A DNA stretch of 64,000 nt, from the NCBI GenBank assembly GCA_965226885.1, contig CBDDEL010000014.1, forward strand, positions 480,001-544,000, given 5' to 3'. The notes under the pieces were generated by a model. It was not told the DNA's origin and made no database searches. It saw only the letters and a list, made by a program, of their open reading frames with translations. Source of the DNA: Opitutales bacterium (GTDB lineage: Bacteria > Verrucomicrobiota > Verrucomicrobiia > Opitutales > UBA2987). The stretch's first letter is position 1, and each line of letters begins with the position of its first letter. Below are positions 10,700-20,149 of this stretch, in pieces. The position numbers were made by a program, and so were the translations under genes.

Positions 10700-11182
10700 T
10701 AATTAGAGGCTGTCCCAAAAGGGTGATTTTTGCGAGGGCTTTTGATAGGCGCTCATTTTAGAGGTATTTGCATTTGGGAGAGTATCAACTTTGCTCTCCT
10801 ATGACGTTAGGATACTGGTTTTGGGGTCCGGTTGCCTGGTTTTCTTTGTATGAGCCGACAGTACGGCTGTGAAAAAGTATTGTCCTTGCTTTTCCGCTCT
10901 CTAGGCCGCCGCTTTGGTTTTTAGTTCGTCTTGCTGGGCCAGCATCTTGGCTACTTTCCATAGGTTGTGCGAGAGTACCGACCAGGCTACGCTGATCGAG
11001 CGGTTGGCAAAGCCTTTGCTGCGCAACCGCCCGGCCTGCCAGCGATTCTTCAATACCCCGATCCGCCCTTCGGTGCTGGCCCGGCGCTTTTGCAATTGTC
11101 TAAACAGTGGTTCCTCCATCCGTTTTTTCAACTGCTTCGGATCGCGTGGACAGAGCGCGTCGTAGATTCCCTCCTGGGCTAA

Positions 11183-12749
11183 CCCGGATATTTCATGAAG
11201 GGTAAAGTTTGGCTCGTTATTGCTATTGGAGATGGATTTCTTTGTATTTTGAGCAGATCGTCTTGATTTTTAGGTGTTTTTCAGGGTGTAGAGACACTGC
11301 CCCCTTTCCCCCATTGGTTCGGTAGTGCCGGGGGCAGCACCAATGCACCCTTTAGGTTGGCACCAATCGGCGGGCCGCATGGTTGAAAAGACTGGCCCAA
11401 GGATAACTCTCACTTAGGTGAAAGTGAATCGTTCGGGTGTTGCGCACGATGACCGCTCCGATCTTGATTAATTTGAGCCGCAGGGTGTGGCATTGGGCCC
11501 GCGCCCACTTCGTCCCTTTTAAGGCTAACCGGCGCATGGCTTCCATCAAGGTGTAGGCCAGCGCCGACAAGAGCAATCGCCACTGATTGGCCCACCATTG
11601 ATGGGCGCTGGTGCGCTCGCTGAACAATTGCATCTGTTCCTTGATTCGGTTCTCCATTTCACCGCGGCCACAGTATACCTTGTCGTAAAGCTCCTGGGGA
11701 TCGCCCGGCAGGTTCGTCACCACGAAGCGCGGGTTGGACCCCTGTGCGGTGTGTTCGGCTTTATGGATGACCAACCGCAGCCATCGCCACGAATCGGCAG
11801 CATAGACGAAGTCCTGGAATAACCGTTGTTTTTTACCCCTTAGTTCGAACCATTCTTTGGCCTGCTTTTGCAACTGCTGGGCGTCTTGCTGCAAGCGTGC
11901 ATTGCGAGCCATCCCCACGATGTAACTAACTTCGTTGCGGTCGCACCAAGAGAGTATCCGGTCTCGACAAAATCCACTGTCGGCGCGCCAAATAATCCGC
12001 GTACGGGGCCAGCTTTGGCGCATCCGTTTAACCAGCAATTTGAGGATGGCCCCGGCATGCTTGCTGGCATCGATCTTGCTCGGCCGCAGGTAGGCCACCA
12101 GCAGCTGATCACCGCAAAAAACATATAGCGGCAGAAAACAGTAATGATCATAATAACCGTGGAAAAAACGTCCCTCCTGGAGCCCGTGCACCGGATTGTC
12201 GGTGGCGTCAAAGTCCAGGATGATCTCTTCGGGTTCCTCGGCAAAGGAGCCCATGAACTGTTCGACCAACAGCTCGTTTACCGCAAAGGCCGCCCGCCGA
12301 TCCTGCCCGTTTTCAAAACGACACAAAGTCGGCGCGCTGGCCAACGTTTCAATGCGCCCCGTTACCGTTTGCAACAATGGATCGTGGCGCAGGGTATCAA
12401 AGTCGTTCAAATCCTCATAGCCCGCCACCAGCCCGTAAACGCGCTGCCGCAGCATCCCCAATACCTCATGGCGTACTTTGCCCTTCTGCCGTTTGTCCAC
12501 TAACTGTCGGGCCGCTCGTTCGGTCAAGCCCAACTGCCGATCCACTTCCCGGATCAAAAGCAGTCCGGCATCCGAAGTAACCTCTCCGCCCTTGAAATCA
12601 ACCCGCACACGGCGGCCTTTTACCCTTGTCAACTGTAGCTTTAATTGTTTACCTTTTGTCATCGCTGATATTGCTTTAATTATTGATCTATCCTGCTGTA
12701 TATCAGCAGTTAAGCATATCAACGATACTTTTTTTACGAAATATCCGGG
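11183..12749 (-). mobile_element. IS1380-family element copy 2
   Basis: Same TIRs as copy 1; TSD CTAA at 11179-11182 and 12750-12753. Confidence 0.9.
11352..12662 (-). CDS. IS1380-family transposase
   Basis: Near-identical to 2928-4238, with a few substitutions. Confidence 0.92.
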   Translation of the reverse strand: MTKGKQLKLQLTRVKGRRVRVDFKGGEVTSDAGLLLIREVDRQLGLTERAARQLVDKRQKGKVRHEVLGMLRQRVYGLVAGYEDLNDFDTLRHDPLLQTVTGRIETLASAPTLCRFENGQDRRAAFAVNELLVEQFMGSFAEEPEEIILDFDATDNPVHGLQEGRFFHGYYDHYCFLPLYVFCGDQLLVAYLRPSKIDASKHAGAILKLLVKRMRQSWPRTRIIWRADSGFCRDRILSWCDRNEVSYIVGMARNARLQQDAQQLQKQAKEWFELRGKKQRLFQDFVYAADSWRWLRLVIHKAEHTAQGSNPRFVVTNLPGDPQELYDKVYCGRGEMENRIKEQMQLFSERTSAHQWWANQWRLLLSALAYTLMEAMRRLALKGTKWARAQCHTLRLKLIKIGAVIVRNTRTIHFHLSESYPWASLFNHAARRLVPT

Positions 12750-14186
12750 CTAACTCCCAGCGGGCCCGCTGGGAGGCAAATCCCCGGTCCGCGCACATGG
12801 CCGCTATGGGTTCTTCCAGGTTGAAGCGGTTCTGTCTTTGCAAACTCTCTTGCATTTGTTCATTTTCGCTTGGAGTTCGGCTGCCGTAGAGTTTCCAGTC
12901 CAGCAGGTACCCTTCAACGCTTTCTCCCAAAAACAGGGTGTTGCCGAACTCGACCTCTTGGCCCGCTTTACCTCGCACAATCACCTGCCCATCGAGTTCG
13001 TAAACACTCAAGACTTTCTCTGCGTTTTTCACCTGGCGGCCGCCAATGATCCGCTCGTGCGCCTGTTTGATGACCACCGGGATTTGCTCGCTCATGCGCT
13101 CCATCCGGGCGAGGATCTGTTGGACCTGTTTTTCGCTGTAATCGCTTTGCTCCCAGCAGGCTTGCAATAATTCCCGGTGACTGCGGGCATGCTCCCCGAT
13201 CCGTTTGAGCAGCTTTTTCATCTGCCTCAAGATACCCTTGCGCTGCCGCGCGCTGTCCTTTCGCCGCCGGCTGTGGGTCATCTGTATGCACAGCCGATTC
13301 ATCTGCCGAGCCAAGGGCTCCGGTTCGATCGGCATGCGATGGCGCAAACCGGCCTTCTCGCGGATCAGCCGGATCGCTTTGAGCAACGTGCCGGCTACAT
13401 CCTCGAGTAATACCCAGTCCGTCGGCCAATGAATGTTAGCCTCCAAACAGGTGCCGTCGATCAGGCAAATGGTGGTGTCAATCGGCTTGTCCAATCCCAC
13501 CTGCCGGGCCAGAAGGGCATCGCCCACCACCTCAGTCAAGGTCCGGTGCAAGGCCCTCAACTGCTCTTCGCTGAAAAACTTCGAGGCCCGCTCCAGGGTG
13601 CTTTTGGAGATGCCCCTGATGCCATCGATCTGCCGGACACGGCAAAAGTCGGCCAACAGATCGCTGCTGCCCAGAGCCCGCGACAAATGCCGAAACGAAA
13701 TCCCTCCGAGCAGACGGCCCAGCGTATCCATGCGCAGTGCCTTGATGGCAAAACTGGCCCGCTGCCGCCGGGCCTTTAGACCCATTGGCGGCCACCCCTC
13801 CAAGGCCAGCTCAATGGCCTGCGATTCCACCTCCGAGTCGATCAGCAGCCGATCGATTCGATCAATGGTGGCGCGGAAGTTATCGTCATCAAGGCACCGG
13901 TCGACCACAGTTAAAGCTGGACGCAGGAGGCATTGGATGGCTATATTTTTCATAGAAAGGGCTATATTGATTTTGATTTTCGCTAACTCAATTATAGAAC
14001 CCTTTTTTGGCCGGATCGAGCAAAAACTTGCTCTTTCCGGCTCTTTTTATCAACGTCATCCAGTTGACTATAAAATCTTTATATTTTTGGGACAGCCTCT
14101 AATTACGGACTGCCGTTTCATCGCATCAGGATGAAGCGGTCCGGTAGGTGCAATTCCCCTCAACTCAAGCGATGAGAGAAATGCGA

Positions 14187-15432
14187 TTAGTTTTCCCGCA
14201 AGAAACCCACGACTATGAGACCTGCAGACATCAATGCACCGGCAGCATAAAATATTGCCAGCAGGCCGGAAGCGTCACCAATCAATCCAAAAAAATAGGG
14301 TGAGATGGCTGCCAAGAGAAAAGTAGGCGTGTAATAAATAGCATATCCTTCACTGCGAAAGTCTTCATGCAATGTAGGGACCAATCCGATATAGAGCACG
14401 GACGAAGTTCCATTCAGGAAAAATCCGAAAACAGGAAGAAAACAGAGCATGGCCCACCCGGACGGAATTGAGGGGAGGGCAAAGCAGCTTCCCGAAGGCC
14501 CCGCCGAAAAAAGTCAGAGACACGAACCAGCCAATGGAATCCTCTCGAAGGCCGGATTGAATCAGGTAGAAGCCGAGAAAGGCCATAACTGCACTTCGGA
14601 TTGCGGTATCGACCATGCCGACAATCGAAAAGAGCATGAATTGCCGCCGTTTTCGGATTCCCCGGAAGGAGGGTTTCACTGCCTCTGCACCCGAAATCCC
14701 GTTTGACAGGTCCCGATTACTGGCTACTTCCGTCTTTCGCGGGCGTTGCAGCCTTTGGAATATCTGCCTCCGAAAAGCGAGGAGATACGAAATCGAGGCA
14801 ATCAGACCGATACTTCCCAGGACCGCAAAGGTTCCCCGCCAGCCAGCCTTAATCACCAGGACACCCGCGAGGGCGGGAAAAAGAACCTTTCCAATATCGC
14901 CAAAGAAATTGAGGATGCCGATGGCAGGTCCCGCCTTTTCAGGTCTCGAAACATTAGCCACCAAGGCCGTGCCAACCGGATGATAGACTCCGCCTCCGAT
15001 TCCCGAAAATAGGATCAACACAAGCGTGACCGGAAAACTGAAGGCCAGCAGCAAAGCGATAAAACCCGCGCTGAACCACGCCGTGCCAAGCCCGAGAAGG
15101 AGAGTTTCCCCTACTCTTTCCACCAGGAGTCCTGCAGGTATCTGGGCAACGCTGATGGCGGCGTGAACGGCCGTTTTAAGAAGACCGGACTGGGTGTAGG
15201 AGAGCCCCAGTTCCGCTGCCATGAAGGGAAGCAGAAGGGAGAGGCTGGCAATATATCCGTCATTGACGACATGGAGAAGACTGCACCAACCCAGTTGACG
15301 CCGCCCCTCGCGGTCAGAGGGGAGTGGCGATTCCCCACTCTCACTCGCCAGGGTATTCGTACGATCCCTTGTTGACTCACATGCAGGCGCCTTCCGGCGG
15401 CGCTTATTTATTCTTCTAGGAGGTAACGCCAT
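14187..15432 (-). pseudogene. MFS transporter with an internal deletion/frameshift near 14470
   Basis: HVVNDGY, LGLSYTQSG, GVYHPVG; the frame breaks after GAFGKLLC and resumes as PSIPSGWAMLCFLPVFGFFLNGTSS in another frame. Confidence 0.75.
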
Positions 15433-16654
15433 TGACTAGTTCGTTGGCTCGGATGACGAACGGCTTCCAGGCTTCCCTCCCGCTGGCCCCGATGAGATTA
15501 AAACGAAGCACCGGTTCACCGGTTAAATCAAACTCCAGCAGACCGAAATTATCTTCCCGGGTAAATACTTGCCGTATCCGTATTTCCGGTTTGCGCCCGG
15601 GATTTACCTCTGTTGGTGTCTGGCCGAGGGGCGAGCTGACCAGATCATAGAGATCGTAGCCTCCTCTTTCCGACCAAGGTATAGCATTGAGCTCACCTTG
15701 ATGGGTATCGCCGGAAAGCAGGATTACCCCGGTTATTTCATTGTCCCGTATGAAATCGAAGAGTGCGTCGCGTTCGTGCAGATAAGAGGCCCAGGAATCT
15801 CCTCCCGGTTCTTTGGCCTTCGACCAGCCGCTGCCCAAAATCAGCACTTTGAAGGGCGCTGTGCTATCTTTAAGTGATTGCTGCAACCACTCGCTCTGTT
15901 CTTTGCCCAGAAATGTTTTGCCGGGATGGTCAGGCTCTTTATCGGGGTCGCGGTAGTAACGGCAGTCGATAAAAAAGAAGTCAACACCGCCATAGTGATA
16001 TTGAAAAAATACCCCTGGCGACCCCGACAATCCGTAAGATGGATTCACCCAGTAACGTTTAAAAACATTTAGGCCATTCGCCTTGCGGGGGTGGCGCCGG
16101 TCATAATCGTTGAGACCGTAATCATGGTCGTCCCACACTGCCAGTTGGGGTATGGTATGAATGACCGGTTGGAGGGTAGCGACATCGCGTTGGCGACGCC
16201 ATTCTTCGGCCAGAATCTCGGGATCGAGGGTGTCGCCATAAATATTATCGCCGACCCAGAAAAACAAGTCGGGTTGAAACCGCAGAACCGTTGTCCAAAC
16301 GTCCTGTTTGCGGTCGAGTAGGTAGCGCGGGCAGGAGCCAAACGCGATGCTAAAACGTCCCTTCTTCCCCTCAGGCGGGGCGGTTTTTGTATAAAATGGC
16401 GGCAGGTCGCGTTGGTATCTGGGGGTTCCACCCTCGACCCGGAACCGATAATAATAACGAGTATCAGGTTTTAAATCACGTAGCTTCCATTTCAAAACGT
16501 AATCCTCTTCCTTGGTGGCGGAAAGCGCCTGCTTATTCGACCGGGTGAAATCTTTTGAAGTATCGTATTCGATCTCCCCGGTGTGAGATCCACTGAGCCT
16601 TGCCCAGATGGTGATTTCATTCGGACCAACGGCCCCCACCATAGGCCCCTGCAT
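15416..16654 (-). CDS. phoD: Alkaline phosphatase D family protein; signal-peptide segment (start 16749) is out of frame
   Basis: QGPMVG, LKPDTRYYYR, AFGSC, VGDNIYGD, WDDHDYG.ND, IDCRYYRD, LSGDTH. Confidence 0.85.
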   Translation of the reverse strand: MQGPMVGAVGPNEITIWARLSGSHTGEIEYDTSKDFTRSNKQALSATKEEDYVLKWKLRDLKPDTRYYYRFRVEGGTPRYQRDLPPFYTKTAPPEGKKGRFSIAFGSCPRYLLDRKQDVWTTVLRFQPDLFFWVGDNIYGDTLDPEILAEEWRRQRDVATLQPVIHTIPQLAVWDDHDYGLNDYDRRHPRKANGLNVFKRYWVNPSYGLSGSPGVFFQYHYGGVDFFFIDCRYYRDPDKEPDHPGKTFLGKEQSEWLQQSLKDSTAPFKVLILGSGWSKAKEPGGDSWASYLHERDALFDFIRDNEITGVILLSGDTHQGELNAIPWSERGGYDLYDLVSSPLGQTPTEVNPGRKPEIRIRQVFTREDNFGLLEFDLTGEPVLRFNLIGASGREAWKPFVIRANELVNGVTS

Positions 16655-16780
16655 GAAGCGAGGATAACCGATTGGATCATCGGAATAAAGGTCATCGACC
16701 CTCTTATTGCAATTAGCATTATTAAAAAAAGAATGTTACGTGTATTCATTTAAGTTCTTCTCCATGAAAAGTGGCCGTGG

Positions 16781-17761
16781 TCAATTAACGATATACTCAG
16801 GTCTTTTCCCGCGCAACACCCGGACGGCATTATTGGCCATCTGGGAATACCTCATTTTCAGCGCTTCTTCAGTTTCACCGGCCACGTGAGGAGTGAGTAT
16901 CACATTGGGCAAGGATCTCAGAGGGTGGACCGGGGGCAACGGTTCCGTTGCAAACACATCCAGCCCAGCTTTGCGGATGGTTCCTTTTTTAAGCGCATTA
17001 ACCAATTCACTCTCCTCGATAATAGCTCCGCGTGAGGTGTTGATGAGCCAACCCAACCCTTTCTCACCGATTTTCTTCAATTCATCTTTCCCAATCAACG
17101 TTTCCGTCTTATCGGGCCCGTCTCTTAATAAAGGGAGATGCAAGGAAATGATATCCGCCTTCGTCAAGAGGGTATTCAGATCGACCATGGTTACAAAATC
17201 CTGTCCCTCGTTCCCTTTTTGCGGGTTCTTCCTTGTGGCCATGACCTTCATACCGAGGGAATGGGCAATCTCTGCCGTAATCTTGCCGATATGGCCAAAA
17301 CCCAAGACCCCGAAGACCTTGCCCGCCAACTCCGTGCCGATACGGCGGCTCCAACTGCCTGTGTTCATCTCCCGGAGGTAATGATCGCCGTTTTTGGCCA
17401 AAGCCATGAGAAGAAAAATGGCGTGTTCAGCAGTAGACTGAGCCATAATGTGGGCGGTGCTGCAGACGTAGATTCCCCGTTCTTTAGAGGCTGCCAAATC
17501 GACGGTATCGCAACCCGTGCCACAGTGAATCAACCGAAGGCGGGAAGCGCCCTGAATCATTTCCCGGATTAACGAGGCCTTGTTGGGATAAACAATATCG
17601 GCATCTACGATTTCCCGTCCGATAGTCTCGACATCGTCCTTATCGGCAACGACCACAAGGTTCGGCACAAACCCGTTTGCCCTAAGCAAGGTGTCAACAG
17701 TATTCACCATAATCCCGTCATCAGCAGAGCATAACAGCACTTTAACAGGAGTGGTCGTCAT
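16781..17761 (-). CDS. D-isomer-specific 2-hydroxyacid dehydrogenase family protein
   Basis: GVLGFGHIG Rossmann motif, ADIISLHLPL, INTSRG, LDVFATEP, TPHVAG (Arg/Glu/His triad). Confidence 0.88.
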   Translation of the reverse strand: MTTTPVKVLLCSADDGIMVNTVDTLLRANGFVPNLVVVADKDDVETIGREIVDADIVYPNKASLIREMIQGASRLRLIHCGTGCDTVDLAASKERGIYVCSTAHIMAQSTAEHAIFLLMALAKNGDHYLREMNTGSWSRRIGTELAGKVFGVLGFGHIGKITAEIAHSLGMKVMATRKNPQKGNEGQDFVTMVDLNTLLTKADIISLHLPLLRDGPDKTETLIGKDELKKIGEKGLGWLINTSRGAIIEESELVNALKKGTIRKAGLDVFATEPLPPVHPLRSLPNVILTPHVAGETEEALKMRYSQMANNAVRVLRGKRPEYIVN

Positions 17762-17808
17762 CTGTCAAAAGTTCCTTGTCTGGAGGAGAAACGAAAGGGC
17801 GGCAGGGT

Positions 17809-18537
17809 TCAGGAAAACTCGGTTTCGATGAGGGCGGGGAGGTCTTTCACACTCGGTATAACATGGGTGTGCCGATACTTTCCCCACGCTTCCACCGGCC
17901 GCGGGCCACTGAGAACCCCGACTATGCCGCGGCACCCGGCATTGTAACCTTCCAGCATATCCGCTGGCGTATCGCCAATTTTGAGCACTTCATGGACGCT
18001 CTGCACATTCAATTGCGTCATGGCATAGTAAATCATAAAAGGGGCCGGCCGGCCATGCTCACCGGGAACATGCTCGACATCGACCGAGAGATCGACCAAT
18101 CCGTCCCGCACCCAGCCCAAACCGTCCATGATGGCCTCGGTGATATCGCGATGAAAACCAGTGTCGGTGGCTACTTTGATGCCGTTCTCATGACACCACC
18201 GAAAGGTGTCTTCGGCTCCCTCTATTTCGCGGACTTCATTACGGTAATGGTCGATCATGATCTCCGAGTAACGGTGAAATACCTTCATCGCTTCATCGAG
18301 AGTCTCCGGGTAGATGATTTTTTCGAAATCTTCAATCTCAACCTTCTTCCCTTGAGACCGGGCGATGAGGAATTGATAGAGGTGGATCTTGTTGGTGCCC
18401 ATATGCAGGAGTATCTCATCAGGCGTCGTTTGCAGGTCGAATTCCGTGGCCGCTTGGTGGAGGCAGTCCCGAACACCCGTGTCGTCATAAACAGTGGTCC
18501 CTGAGAGATCGAACATGATCATACTGATTTTACTCAT
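17809..18537 (-). CDS. Phosphonatase-like (PhnX-like) HAD hydrolase
   Basis: FDLSGTTV, MGTNK (equivalent to the PhnX Schiff-base MGxxK), DTGF, GRPAPFMI, KIGDTPADMLEGYNAG. Confidence 0.82.
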   Translation of the reverse strand: MSKISMIMFDLSGTTVYDDTGVRDCLHQAATEFDLQTTPDEILLHMGTNKIHLYQFLIARSQGKKVEIEDFEKIIYPETLDEAMKVFHRYSEIMIDHYRNEVREIEGAEDTFRWCHENGIKVATDTGFHRDITEAIMDGLGWVRDGLVDLSVDVEHVPGEHGRPAPFMIYYAMTQLNVQSVHEVLKIGDTPADMLEGYNAGCRGIVGVLSGPRPVEAWGKYRHTHVIPSVKDLPALIETEFS

Positions 18538-18590
18538 AATTTTTTTCTTCCTTTATTTGTGTTATGTTAAGTTGGTTAAATTAAATGAAG

Positions 18591-19952
18591 TCAGCCGGAA
18601 TTTGCTTCTTTTTTCACGGTTGCAGGCAAGGCATTCCATCTGGGCAGAAGGAGCAGCACCGCTATAATAACAAACGCTCCCAGGCAATTAAAGAGAACTC
18701 CCCAGCCGTAATGAGCCCAGATGATACCGGGTAAAGACATACCAAGAATTTGCCCTGTCGAACCCATGCCATTAATCAACCCGGCCGATGATCCGGCGCC
18801 CTTTTTTGTCCCGAAATCCACCGCCGATACCGAACTGATCATGGCATCCGGACCAAATAGGAAAAACCCCATGGCAAACAGCAGCAAAACCATGGTTCCC
18901 TTTCCTCCAGCCTCCGTCAGGCCGTTAAAGAGAAAGAGGATTACGGCGAGAATAAGAAATCCCAGAACTATTATGGGAATGCGGCGCGAATGAAACCATT
19001 TGTCCGAGGCGTAACCGGCAAATATAACCCCTAATGGTCCGGCGGCTTCGAAAGCTGCGCTGATAATGGCCGATTCGCCGATATTTGTTCCCAACTTATC
19101 GTTAATCATAAGCGGCCCCCAGAAGAGAATAGCATAGCGTGTGGGCTTGATAAAAAAATAGACTGCGCCGAGGGTAAGAATGACCGGATTGCGGAAAACT
19201 TCACCGATCACCTTCCAGGATCCTTCTCGTTCCTCCTCGGGCGTTTCATCCTGGTCTAGAACGTCGACTGTCTCTCCGTGATACTCTTCTATGGAGGGCA
19301 GACCGACATCCTCAGGCCGGTTTTTCTGCAAAAGCAGGAACAGCAACCAAATAATGGCCAGAACGACAGCCGGCATGAAAAAGGCGAAGCGCCAATTCAA
19401 AAAAACCAGGGCCATATAACCGGCGAAGGCGCTGGCCAGCATTCCCCCGATGGGGTAGTTGGTGGCCCAAAAACCGTAAGTCCGGCCCCGCTCTTTACGG
19501 GAAAACCAATAGCTGACATTCTTGGTCAGGGGCGCCCACCCGGTGGATTGACAAAGGCCCTGGCAAAAAAAGAGCGCTCCAAAAAGAATCACAGTGGAGG
19601 ACATCCCCATGGCCACGGCTATGACCACAGAAAAAAACATCCCGGCCAGCACCACTTTGCGGGGACCGAACTTGTCTCCGCACATTCCCCAGATGAATTG
19701 CCCGAGAGCATAAGCTATGCCATAGAGCCCATCGATCAAACCGAGCGATGCCTTCGTGATCTCGATGGCCGGATCCTCCAGGATGCCGATCTTGGCCACG
19801 GGGAAAGATTTCCTCGTAAAATAAAATCCAACGTAGGCCAACCAGGTAACCCCAAAAGTTATATAACGCCACCGCTCATAGCGTATGTCGCGCTTGTCCT
19901 GGCGGGCGCCCACCGATAATGCTGAACCTTCTTTTTCTGAAATTGCCATCAC
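18591..19952 (-). CDS. MFS transporter, organophosphate:phosphate antiporter (GlpT/UhpT-like) family
   Basis: YFTRKSF, YALGQF..G...DKFGPR, QSTGWAP, WFSRKERG, NRPEDVGLP, GYASDK. Confidence 0.85.
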   Translation of the reverse strand: MMAISEKEGSALSVGARQDKRDIRYERWRYITFGVTWLAYVGFYFTRKSFPVAKIGILEDPAIEITKASLGLIDGLYGIAYALGQFIWGMCGDKFGPRKVVLAGMFFSVVIAVAMGMSSTVILFGALFFCQGLCQSTGWAPLTKNVSYWFSRKERGRTYGFWATNYPIGGMLASAFAGYMALVFLNWRFAFFMPAVVLAIIWLLFLLLQKNRPEDVGLPSIEEYHGETVDVLDQDETPEEEREGSWKVIGEVFRNPVILTLGAVYFFIKPTRYAILFWGPLMINDKLGTNIGESAIISAAFEAAGPLGVIFAGYASDKWFHSRRIPIIVLGFLILAVILFLFNGLTEAGGKGTMVLLLFAMGFFLFGPDAMISSVSAVDFGTKKGAGSSAGLINGMGSTGQILGMSLPGIIWAHYGWGVLFNCLGAFVIIAVLLLLPRWNALPATVKKEANSG

Positions 19953-20149
19953 TGATATCCTTTTCGCAGGTAATAAAGTGTTTTCATAGTATTCCTTTTA
20001 TTCTTTATTCGTAGCTTTAATGCATCATCGACGAGACGGGGAGACCCAACAAAAAGTAATCCCGCCAGAGTTCGGATATTAGTCTCTTGATAACCCGATA
20101 ATCCGCCTCCTGTTCATTGGCAGAAACCCTCCGCAGTGGTAATGCAATT

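Larger units (their letters stand above)
10901..13953 (-). pseudogene. IS5/ISNCY-like transposase interrupted by IS1380
   Basis: N-terminal part 12750-13953 and C-terminal part 10901-11182 flank the IS1380. Confidence 0.88.
10706..14099 (-). mobile_element. IS5/ISNCY-like IS copy 3, carrying a nested IS1380
   Basis: Same TIRs; 6-bp TSD TAATTA at 10700-10705 and 14100-14105. Confidence 0.9.

Noticed and set aside
16781..17761. Phosphite dehydrogenase PtxD
   Set aside because: The PtxD-type LKGxDN segment with its Lys reads GTGCDT here; no ptxABC nearby
17776..18504. 242-aa plus-strand ORF and similar antisense ORFs over IS and enzyme genes
   Set aside because: Shadows of well-supported opposite-strand genes
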